From assembly GCA_044344255.1 (NCBI GenBank), contig JBIJDH010000017.1:32001-96000 (forward strand): 64,000 bases of DNA. The letters run 5' to 3'. Below the pieces are notes generated by a model. The model made no database searches, was not told the origin of the DNA, and was given only the letters and a program-made list of their open reading frames with translations. How positions within the stretch are numbered: position 1 is the stretch's first letter; the number at the start of each line of letters is the position of its first letter. The position numbers were made by a program, and so were the translations under genes. Shown here piece by piece: positions 29,257 to 37,383 of this stretch. The DNA is from Myxococcota bacterium. GTDB lineage: Bacteria > Myxococcota_A > UBA796 > UBA2385.

Positions 29257-32200
29257 TCACTCGACGGGGAGGAGAGGGTGGAAGGCGTGGAGGAGCCAGC
29301 GCGCCAGGACGCCGAGCTCGGGCGGTGGACAGGGCTCGGCGAGGCCCGGAGCGACCCGCAGCGGGAGCCCGTCGAAGAGCTCGAGCAGCGTCTCGGTCGC
29401 CCCGCTCGGCCGCTCGAGCAGGAAGGTGTGGACGGGGAACAAGGGGTTGTCGAGCGGGAGGCCGGCGCGCAGGCGGTCGAGCCAGCGCGGCAGCGCCTCC
29501 GGGGAGAGGCGGGCGCCCTCGGCCTCGAGCGCCGCCATCAGCTCGGACAGGCGAGTCGGGCGGGCGGTGGTCCAGTGATAGTAGTCTATCGTCTCGATCG
29601 GGCGGCCGATTGAGGCGGCGATGCCCTCTGCCACGTCGTCCACCGCCACCAGATCGAGCTCGATCTCGGCGTCCGGCCAGCGGCCGAGCGCCGCGCAGCC
29701 GAGCAGGAAGCGGCTCAGGAAGTCATCGAGGTGCCCGACCCCCGTCTCGCGCGCCCCGACGATCAAGCCCGGGCGATGGATGACGAGAGGGATGGCGCAG
29801 TGCCCGGCCACGCGCAGGAGAGACTCGGCCACCCACTTGGTGCGCGCGTATCCCGAATAGAGAAACTCCGGCTCCAGGACCCGGTCTGTCGCGAGCACGA
29901 GGCGCTGCTCCCGCCGGTTGCGGGTGTTGAACACCGCCGTCGTAGACACGAAGTGGAGAGGCCGCGCCGCGCCCCCCGACAGGGCGAGCGACACGAGCAC
30001 CGGGATCGGCCCCACGTTTACGGGGGCGAGAGCGGAATAGGGCGCCACGAAATTCACGTCGGCCGCGTTGTGAAGCAGTCCGCCGAGCTCCTCCCCCTGT
30101 CGGGCCCACTCCGCGCTGGACAGGCCGAGGCCGGGCGCCCGGAGGTCTCCCGGCAGGGCGACGACGCGCCCCGGGAGGCCCAAGGCCTGGAGACGGTCAT
30201 TCAGGCCCCCCGTCGCCGCGGCGTCGGCCTGTCCGTCCAGCCCAGGCAGCGGGCCGTGGGCGAGGGCCCGGAGGAGCCTCCCCTCCGCCTCAACGGCGTC
30301 GGCCGCCCGGACGAGGCAGCGCACCTCCCCGCCGCGGCGCAGCAGCGCGGCGAGGGTGTGCGCGCCGAGGAAGCCGGTCGCACCCGTGAAGAGCAGGGGG
30401 CCCTCCGTCGCCCGCTCCGGCGGTCGCTGGTGGGGGAGGGCCCGGGTGAGGTCGCGCACGGCCTCCCGCCAGCCCGGGACGGCGTCGAGCTCGACCTGGC
30501 GCGCGCGGCCCGCGCCTCGCATCGCCTCCGCGAGCGCCACGGCCACCGCGCCGAGCGAGCTGCCGTCAAAGAAGGCGCGGAGGGGCGGCTCGACGCCGAG
30601 CAGGCCGCGGAGGGCGGTGATGAGGGTGGCGAGATCGAGCGAGGAGAGGCCGAGCTCGAGGGGCGGGCGCTCGAGGGCCTCGGGGCCTGCGCCGAGGCGC
30701 TGGAGCAGAACAGCGGCGATCGCGTCGACCAGGAGGGGGCCCTCGAGCCCGACCAGCGAGGGAGCGGGGCCCGCGGCGGGGGCCGACCCGCGACCGAGGT
30801 CCGCGCGCTCCCCCCAGGTGCCGGCGTGGGCCAGGGCGGCACAGGCGGCGCGGGCGAGCTTCTGGGTGGGGGTGCGCGGGATCGCGCCCGGCGGCAAGAG
30901 GTAGAGGGCGGCGATGGCGAGCCCGTGGCGCTCCGAGACCGCTCGCCGCGCCGCGCGGCGCAGCGCCCGAGCGCCCGCCTCGCCGTCCTCGGCCGGGGGC
31001 TCCGTCGCCCGGCGCTCCATCGCCAGCCCGAGGGCCTCTTCACCCTCTTGGAGCACGGCGAAGGCGGCCACCTCCACGAGGCCGTGCTCGTCGCAGGCGA
31101 CGCGCAGGGTGGCCTCGACATCGACCGGGTCGTGGTTCTTACCCCGGACGATGATGAGCTCCTTCAGCCTCCCGGTGACATAGAGCTCCCCCACCTCCCC
31201 CACCTCCCCCACCTCCCCCACCTCCCCCGCTGCTCCGCGCTCCACGACGCCGAGGTCGCCGGTGCGAAACCACTCCCCCTCCGCGCCCTCGAGGGTGGCG
31301 GCGCAGCGGGCCCGAGAGTCCTCGGCGGGGCCGGTGTAGCGGCGGATGACGCCGGGCCCCTGGGTCCAGAGCTCACCCACCCGCCCGGGGGGCAAGGCGA
31401 CGCGGCGCTCGGGGTCGACGGCGATCACGCGGGTGTCGGGGCCGAGCGGCGGGCCGTTGCTGATCAGCCAGCGCGTGTCGGCGGTGTCGAGGGGGGCCTG
31501 GAGCCTCCCCGAGGCCAGCCCCGCGCGGCTCACACTGAGTCGGGCGGGCGGGCGACCCTGGGGGATGCTGGTGCAGAGCGTCTCAGTCAGGCCGTAGTAG
31601 GGGTGGAGCGCGGCCGGGCGCAGGCCGGCGGGGGCGAGGCGGCCGAAGAAGGCGTCCACCGTCGCCGGGCGCACCACCTCGCCGCCCGAAACGGCCATGT
31701 CCAAGGCGGAGAGGTCGAGCGCGGCGATCGCGTCGTCGGTGAGCAGCTTCGTGACGAGGGCGTAGGCGAAGTCCGGGGCCGCGGTGACGGTGGCGCGGGC
31801 GCGAGACAGCACCTCGAGCCAGAGGGGGGGCCGCTGTAAGAAGGCCTGGGGCGAGAGGATCACCCCCTCGGCGCCAAGGAAGACGGGCAGCAGCCGCGTG
31901 TAGAGGCCGGCGACGTGGGCCCAGGGCAGCCAGGTGCAGACCACGTCCGCGGGGCCTCGCCCGCAGCACCGCGCCAGGGCGGCGAGGTTGTGCGTGAGGG
32001 CGCCGTGGCGGAGGACCGCCCCCTTCGGCGAGCCGGTCGAGCCCGAGGTGTAGAGGAGGACGGCGGTGGCCTCGGGATCATCGGGCAGGGGCCGCGCGTC
32101 TCCGGGGGTCTCGGCCTCGGGCTCCACCCTCAGCTCCACCCAGCGCAGCGGCCGCCCGTCGGCGCGCAGCAGGGGGAGCAGGGGCTCGGCCAGGGCCCGC

Positions 32201-32577
32201 GGGGCGAGGAGCAAGCGGGCATCGGCGTCCTCAGCCACCCGGAGCAGTGCGGCCCGGCCCGCCTCATCGGTCGGGGGATAGAGCGGCACGGCCACCGCAC
32301 CCGACACCGCACAGGCGAAGAGGCCGACCGGCTGCTCGACCCCCGGGCCGGTGACGAGCAGGACCGCGGCCCCTTGGACCGCGCTCTGGCCGTCTGAGAG
32401 GGCCTCCGACAGGGCCGCCGAGAGGGTCGCCCCGAGGGCGCGGGCGGCGCGGGACAGGCCGCGCGCGCCGAGTCGGGCGGCGGGCTCCCCGTGCAGATCG
32501 AGGAAGGTGTAGAGCGGGCGGTCGGGCGCGGCCGGATCGGCGAGCAGCGCGGCGAGGCTCCGCGGTCGCGCGGTCAT
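29257..32577 (-). CDS. Fatty acyl-AMP ligase, ACP, thioester reductase fusion
   Basis: YTSGSTGSPKG, WLP, YYGLTE, RTGDLG, GRLKELIIVRGKNHDPVDVE; LGLSSL (ACP); FTGATGFLG, HNAADVN, GYARTKW; ATG at 32577 overlaps the upstream TGA. Confidence 0.85.
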   Translation of the reverse strand: MTARPRSLAALLADPAAPDRPLYTFLDLHGEPAARLGARGLSRAARALGATLSAALSEALSDGQSAVQGAAVLLVTGPGVEQPVGLFACAVSGAVAVPLYPPTDEAGRAALLRVAEDADARLLLAPRALAEPLLPLLRADGRPLRWVELRVEPEAETPGDARPLPDDPEATAVLLYTSGSTGSPKGAVLRHGALTHNLAALARCCGRGPADVVCTWLPWAHVAGLYTRLLPVFLGAEGVILSPQAFLQRPPLWLEVLSRARATVTAAPDFAYALVTKLLTDDAIAALDLSALDMAVSGGEVVRPATVDAFFGRLAPAGLRPAALHPYYGLTETLCTSIPQGRPPARLSVSRAGLASGRLQAPLDTADTRWLISNGPPLGPDTRVIAVDPERRVALPPGRVGELWTQGPGVIRRYTGPAEDSRARCAATLEGAEGEWFRTGDLGVVERGAAGEVGEVGEVGEVGELYVTGRLKELIIVRGKNHDPVDVEATLRVACDEHGLVEVAAFAVLQEGEEALGLAMERRATEPPAEDGEAGARALRRAARRAVSERHGLAIAALYLLPPGAIPRTPTQKLARAACAALAHAGTWGERADLGRGSAPAAGPAPSLVGLEGPLLVDAIAAVLLQRLGAGPEALERPPLELGLSSLDLATLITALRGLLGVEPPLRAFFDGSSLGAVAVALAEAMRGAGRARQVELDAVPGWREAVRDLTRALPHQRPPERATEGPLLFTGATGFLGAHTLAALLRRGGEVRCLVRAADAVEAEGRLLRALAHGPLPGLDGQADAAATGGLNDRLQALGLPGRVVALPGDLRAPGLGLSSAEWARQGEELGGLLHNAADVNFVAPYSALAPVNVGPIPVLVSLALSGGAARPLHFVSTTAVFNTRNRREQRLVLATDRVLEPEFLYSGYARTKWVAESLLRVAGHCAIPLVIHRPGLIVGARETGVGHLDDFLSRFLLGCAALGRWPDAEIELDLVAVDDVAEGIAASIGRPIETIDYYHWTTARPTRLSELMAALEAEGARLSPEALPRWLDRLRAGLPLDNPLFPVHTFLLERPSGATETLLELFDGLPLRVAPGLAEPCPPPELGVLARWLLHAFHPLLPVE
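31186..31228 (-). repeat. In-frame 9-bp tandem repeat encoding (GEV)4-GE
   Basis: CTCCCCCAC x4 plus CTCCCCC on the + strand. Confidence 0.9.
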
Positions 32578-34301
32578 TCGGCCGCCTCGAGCGCGCCGCC
32601 CGACCAGCGCTCCCGACAGAGGCGCCGCTGCACCTTGCCGCTCGTGGTCTTCGGCACCTGTCCGGCGCGGACCAGCCGGATGTCGACGATGGGCAGCTCG
32701 TGGCGCTCGCCGAGGGTCCGGCCGATGTGCCGACAGAGGGCGACCCGCTCGGGCGCCGACAAGGGGCTCCGAAGCTCCGCCACGACGACCACCCCTTCTC
32801 GCTCGCCTTGATCGACCCCAAAGGCGGCGACAAAATTGCGCCGGATGGCGGGGTGGGCGTCCTCGACGCTGAGCTCGATGTCTTGGGGATAGTGGTTCTT
32901 GCCGGCGACGATGATGACGTCCTTGTCCCGTCCGGTGATGAAGAGCTCGCCGTCTGTGTCGACGAAGCCGAGGTCTCCCGTGCGGAGGAAGCGCCTCGGG
33001 TCTCCCTCGAAGCGGGCCCCGAAGACGTCGGCGTCGGGCCGGCCCCAATAGGTCTCGGGGAACCAGGCCGCCGTCGAGCAGATCTCCCCCACCCGCCGCG
33101 GGGGGAGGGCGAGCCCGGTCTCCGTGTCCCGGATCTTCACCGACACACCCCCGAGCGGCTGGCCCGCCGACACGATGGCCCGCGCACCGGGCCCCTCCGA
33201 GGCCTGGACCCGCCCGAGGCTGAGGGCGGAGGGATCGAGGTTCAGCCGGCGGTGCGCCCGACCTCGCGGGGTGCTGGACACCGCGAGGGTGGCCTCGGCG
33301 AGCCCGTAGCCGGGCTGCATCACCTCGGCCCGAAAGCCATAGGGGCCGAATTTCGCCTGAAAGCGGTCGATCGTGGCCGCCCGCACCGGCTCGGCGGCGT
33401 TGAGGCTCATCGCCAAGCCAGAGAGGTCGAGGCCTGGGATAGAGCTGGGATCGACGTCATCGACGCAGAGGTCATAGGCGAAGTTGGGCGCCAGGGTGAA
33501 GGTCACCCTGTGTCGCGAGAGGGCGGCCAGCCACTCGCCGGGCGCCTTTACGAAGGCGGTCGGCCGGGCCAGCAGCAGGGGATAGCCCGTATAGAGCGCC
33601 TGGAGGGCGCCGAGCACGAGGCCAAGGTCGTGAAAGAGGGGGATCCAGCACAGCGCGCGGTCTGTCGCGCGGAGCGAGAAGCTGTGTTCGAGCGCCTCTC
33701 CCTGAAAGATGAGATCGCCGTGGCGCACGACGACGCCCTTGGGCGCGGAGGTCGAGCCCGACGTGTACTGGAGGAAGGCCACCTCCTCCGCCTGGGGATA
33801 ATGGTCGTCCCAGTCCTCACAGCGGCTGTCCGGCACCGCCTCGACCGCGATGCCCTGGATCCGGTCGAGCGCCGACGACAGGCCCGCCTCGGACCTCATC
33901 CGGGCGAGCAGGGGGGCGTCGGAGAGGGCGAAGGTCGCTCCGCAGTCCTCGATCACCCGCGAGAGGCGCAGGGCGTGTCGGGCGTGGGCGAGCGGGGGCA
34001 TCGGCACCGCCACCGCGCCCGCGTAGGCGCAGGCGAGGAATGACATGAGATAGTCGGGGTCATTCTCCAGGAGGATGAGCACCCGCTGGCCGGCCGCGCC
34101 GGTAGCCTGGAGGGTCGCGGCGAGGGCGCGCACCCGCCGGTCCAAGGCGGCCCAGGTGTAGGGGCGTCCGGGCTCTGTCCAGCGGGGGAGCCCGGTCAGG
34201 ATCACCCGCTCGGGCTGAGACTCGGCGCGGGTGCGCACGAGGTCGACGTAGCTGGTCCAGGGCAGACGTGAGAGGTCCGCCCGCGTGGCGCTGTGCACCA
34301 T
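32574..34301 (-). CDS. Stand-alone fatty acyl-AMP ligase (FAAL)
   Basis: AFLQYTSGSTSAPKGV, WIPLFHDLGL, APNFAYDLC, AEPV, YGLAEATL, RTGDLG, GKNHYPQDIE, PKTTSGKVQR. Confidence 0.9.
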   Translation of the reverse strand: MVHSATRADLSRLPWTSYVDLVRTRAESQPERVILTGLPRWTEPGRPYTWAALDRRVRALAATLQATGAAGQRVLILLENDPDYLMSFLACAYAGAVAVPMPPLAHARHALRLSRVIEDCGATFALSDAPLLARMRSEAGLSSALDRIQGIAVEAVPDSRCEDWDDHYPQAEEVAFLQYTSGSTSAPKGVVVRHGDLIFQGEALEHSFSLRATDRALCWIPLFHDLGLVLGALQALYTGYPLLLARPTAFVKAPGEWLAALSRHRVTFTLAPNFAYDLCVDDVDPSSIPGLDLSGLAMSLNAAEPVRAATIDRFQAKFGPYGFRAEVMQPGYGLAEATLAVSSTPRGRAHRRLNLDPSALSLGRVQASEGPGARAIVSAGQPLGGVSVKIRDTETGLALPPRRVGEICSTAAWFPETYWGRPDADVFGARFEGDPRRFLRTGDLGFVDTDGELFITGRDKDVIIVAGKNHYPQDIELSVEDAHPAIRRNFVAAFGVDQGEREGVVVVAELRSPLSAPERVALCRHIGRTLGERHELPIVDIRLVRAGQVPKTTSGKVQRRLCRERWSGGALEAAE

Positions 34302-34380
34302 CGGTCACTCCGTGTTGGGTGACGAGGGTGTAGTGCGCCCTGCCCGCGGCTGTGGATTTACATTGGAAAAACTCGCGGCG

Positions 34381-37221
34381 CTATCGCCGCGCGGGCCCCT
34401 CATCGCCGGCCAGCGCGGCGAGGACCTGCCCCCGCACAGCGCGCTCGTCCAGGGCCCGCGCCGCCGCCCGCTGCTCCGGCGAGGGCGGCGTCGACCGCGG
34501 GTCTGACGCCGTCTCCCGGTCGATCTGGTCACAGAGCTCCAGAACCTCGTAGACCGGCGCGGCCTGCCGGAACCAGTCGAGGAGGGCGAGGAGCTCCGGC
34601 TGCGGGCGGAGGCGGAGGGCCCGCTGGAGCAGGGCGAGGGCGCCGAGGCGGGAGGACACCAGCAGCGAGGGCTCGGCCGCCCAGGCCAGGGGCTCCGCCG
34701 GCCCTGCCTCATCGGATGCCCACCACGACAGCGCCCCCATGAGCAGGCCCTGGTCAGGCACCCGGGCGAGCCCCCGCTCCGCCCACGCCCGCTCGATGTG
34801 GGGCCTGGCGAGGGCGCGGGGGAGGCGGAGCCAGGCGATGACCGCCCGGTTGGCGCTGGGGAGGAAGCGCGCGCCCTCATCGCCGAGCTCACGGCCGAGG
34901 GCCTCGGCATCGTCCAGCATGCGGAAGGCCCGATCGAGCTCCCCTTCGAGCCCGAGCACCATGCCGACGCCGAGCAGCGCTCCGTGCTCCGCGCGCCGGT
35001 GGCCCTCGTGGCGGCTCAGGCGGAGCCCCTCCTCGAGCCCCTGGCGCGCCTCGGCGAGGTGACCCGCCGCCCGCTCGACCAGGCTGAGGTTGTTGAGGAT
35101 CACGCAGGTAGACTCCGTCGTCCCGACCCGACGGCTGAGGGTGAGGCACTCCCGATAGAAGCGGGACGCCGTGTCGGAGTCACCGCGCAGCCGGGCGATG
35201 TTGCCGAGACCGTTGAGCGCGGGGAGGGCCACCGACGGGTTCTCGATGCGGTCGGCGAGGCGCACCGACTCGGCGTAGAGGCGGCGCGCCTCCTCGAGCT
35301 GGTTCTGCTCGTAGAGCGCGGTGCCCCACGACATCAGCAGGCTCACCACATATCCAGGGGCGCGGGCCGCCCGCGCCACCTCGATGAGCTCCGGCAAGCG
35401 CGCCAGGATGCCGGCGGGATCGCATCGCCAGCCGCTCTCGCTGAGCTGGTGGACGATCCGCGCCCGGTGGTACGGATCGACCTCGTGGCGGAGGGCCTCG
35501 TCGAGCTCGCTCATCGCGTCGGCGGCCCGACCGCGGTCCATCGCGGTTCGGCCGAGGGCGAGGGCGCGCTCCGTTCGGAGACCGGGGGCCGTGGCGCCCG
35601 GAGCCTGGCCGAGGACCTGCAGCCGCTCCCAGTCCGCGGCGGCGCCGTCGGGGCGCGGGGGGTTCTGGAGAGCGATGTACTCCCAGCGCAGGGCCTCCGG
35701 GCGGCCGAAGGTGGCGGCGGCCTGGGCGGCGGCGAGCAGGGCGCGGCGCACGAGGGCCGACTCCGCGCGGGCCCAGGCCCACGCAGCGAAGCCGGTCGTG
35801 GCGCGGGAGAGCAGCGCCCAGTCGCCCTCCAGCACCGCGTCGTCCCAGGCGGCGAGCAGATCGGCGCGGAGGGGGGCCATGGCGCGGACGGCGGCCCGCT
35901 GATCGGGGCCGACAAAGCTCGCCTGGAGCTCGATGAGGCGCCCGAGGAACCAGCGGCGGTGCCGCTCCTGGACCGCGGGCCTGCCCTCGAGGCGGGCGGC
36001 GAGCTGTGTCCGCAGCATGGGGTGGAGAGACCAGCGGCCGCCCTCTCCGCAGCTCAGGAGCGAGCGGCCGCCGAGGGTGTCGAGCTCGGCGGCGCTGAGG
36101 CCTGCGACCTCGGCGGCGGCCTCCTCATCGAAGGTGCCCCGCAGCACGGACAGCGCGGCGGCCGGCGCCCGGAGGCCCACGGGGAGGCTGGCCCAGGTGC
36201 GCCCGAAGGACCCTGCGAATCCTCGCTGCTCTCCCACGCCGTCGATCACGGCGCGAAGGCCCTGGTCCTGGGCGACCGCCGCCGCGAGCGCGATGCCGAG
36301 CGGGAGCCCCCCGAGGCGCTCCGCGAGCTCGGCGATGGCCATCTCCTCTTCGACGTCGGGGATCCATGCGGGGCGCCCGTGGCAAAGGCGCTGCCGGAGC
36401 AGGGAGGCCGCCGCCGCGGGCTCCAAGGGGCCGAGGCGCAGGAGGAGCTCGCCGGGGAAGTCGAGGCTGGCCCGCGAGGTCATCACGACGCCGAGGCCCG
36501 GATCGCGGGCGCAGAGCCGCTGAAAGACCGCGCCCAGGCCGAGGACGCTCTCGAGGTTGTCGAGGATGACGAGCAGCCGCCGTTCGAAGAGGATCCGCCC
36601 GAGCAGGGCCTCGGCGCCCCGCTGCGAGGAGGGGACGCTGCCGAGGGCCTGCAGGACGGTGAGCAGCGCCTCCTCCTCCTCCCGTTGGGCGCTGAGGTCG
36701 ACCCAGAGGACCCCCGAGAAGCGCGGCGCCTGCTCCGCTCGCCGCGCGAGGGCCCGCGCAAGGGCGGTCTTGCCGACCCCGCCGATGCCGACGACGCTCA
36801 GCCAGGGCTCATTGCCCGCCAGCCAGCGGTCGAGGAAGGCCAGCGCCTCCCCGCGGCCGAAGAGCTCGGCGTCCGGCGTGGGGGCCGGGAGCAGCGCCTC
36901 CTCGCGCACCCCGGTGAGCCGGTAGCCTTGGGCGCGGATGGACTGCAAGCAGGCGCCCGCTGGCTCGAGCTTGCGGCGGAGGTTGGACAGCGTGACATCG
37001 ACCACCCGCGTCCGGGTGGAGGGCGAGTATTGCCAGACCTCGACGAGCAGCTCGTCGCGGCTCACGTCCTCGTCGCGGCGCCGGGCGAGGTGGCGCAGCG
37101 CCTGGAGCTCCTTCGGGCGGAGGAGCTCCGCCTTGGCGGCCCCGCCGACCAGCCCGCTGTCGAGGTCGACGGTCACGGTGAGGGCGGCGCTGGAGCCGAT
37201 GTCGAGGCGGAGGATGGCCAT
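34381..37221 (-). CDS. Winged-helix, STAND (NB-ARC-like) ATPase, TPR transcriptional regulator
   Basis: SRDELLVEVW...VDVTLSNLRRKLE...GYRL (OmpR-type wHTH); FGR, GIGGVGKT, ILDNLE, GGLPLGI; C-terminal TPR-like helices. Confidence 0.85.
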   Translation of the reverse strand: MAILRLDIGSSAALTVTVDLDSGLVGGAAKAELLRPKELQALRHLARRRDEDVSRDELLVEVWQYSPSTRTRVVDVTLSNLRRKLEPAGACLQSIRAQGYRLTGVREEALLPAPTPDAELFGRGEALAFLDRWLAGNEPWLSVVGIGGVGKTALARALARRAEQAPRFSGVLWVDLSAQREEEEALLTVLQALGSVPSSQRGAEALLGRILFERRLLVILDNLESVLGLGAVFQRLCARDPGLGVVMTSRASLDFPGELLLRLGPLEPAAAASLLRQRLCHGRPAWIPDVEEEMAIAELAERLGGLPLGIALAAAVAQDQGLRAVIDGVGEQRGFAGSFGRTWASLPVGLRAPAAALSVLRGTFDEEAAAEVAGLSAAELDTLGGRSLLSCGEGGRWSLHPMLRTQLAARLEGRPAVQERHRRWFLGRLIELQASFVGPDQRAAVRAMAPLRADLLAAWDDAVLEGDWALLSRATTGFAAWAWARAESALVRRALLAAAQAAATFGRPEALRWEYIALQNPPRPDGAAADWERLQVLGQAPGATAPGLRTERALALGRTAMDRGRAADAMSELDEALRHEVDPYHRARIVHQLSESGWRCDPAGILARLPELIEVARAARAPGYVVSLLMSWGTALYEQNQLEEARRLYAESVRLADRIENPSVALPALNGLGNIARLRGDSDTASRFYRECLTLSRRVGTTESTCVILNNLSLVERAAGHLAEARQGLEEGLRLSRHEGHRRAEHGALLGVGMVLGLEGELDRAFRMLDDAEALGRELGDEGARFLPSANRAVIAWLRLPRALARPHIERAWAERGLARVPDQGLLMGALSWWASDEAGPAEPLAWAAEPSLLVSSRLGALALLQRALRLRPQPELLALLDWFRQAAPVYEVLELCDQIDRETASDPRSTPPSPEQRAAARALDERAVRGQVLAALAGDEGPARR

Positions 37222-37267
37222 GGCGGGGTGGCGCCTAACGCGCCGCGGTCTCGAGGGCGCCGAGCTG

Positions 37268-37283
37268 AAGTTGTATACAACTT
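37268..37283. promoter_or_regulatory. Perfect 16-bp palindrome, putative operator
   Basis: AAGTTGTATACAACTT is its own reverse complement; AT-rich patch in the divergent intergenic gap 37222-37383. Confidence 0.65.
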
Positions 37284-37383
37284 GTGAACGGCCCGGGCTG
37301 GACCGCCGCAGTACGGAGCGCCATCAAAAGCGGCCCCATAATCCCTCCCACCACCCCGGCAGACCCGCGGGGCTGGAGCACCT

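Noticed and set aside
32578..33048. N-terminal extension of the 1263-aa ORF, or a frameshifted fusion of the two FAAL genes
   Set aside because: The extension is an Arg-rich off-frame reading of the upstream FAAL; both genes are complete and joined by an ATGA overlap
24597..34301. Direct identification as myxobacterial ElbD or as a standard NRPS/PKS
   Set aside because: No PlsC-type acyltransferase domain in the cluster, FkbH is present, and no KS, AT, C or TE motifs were found
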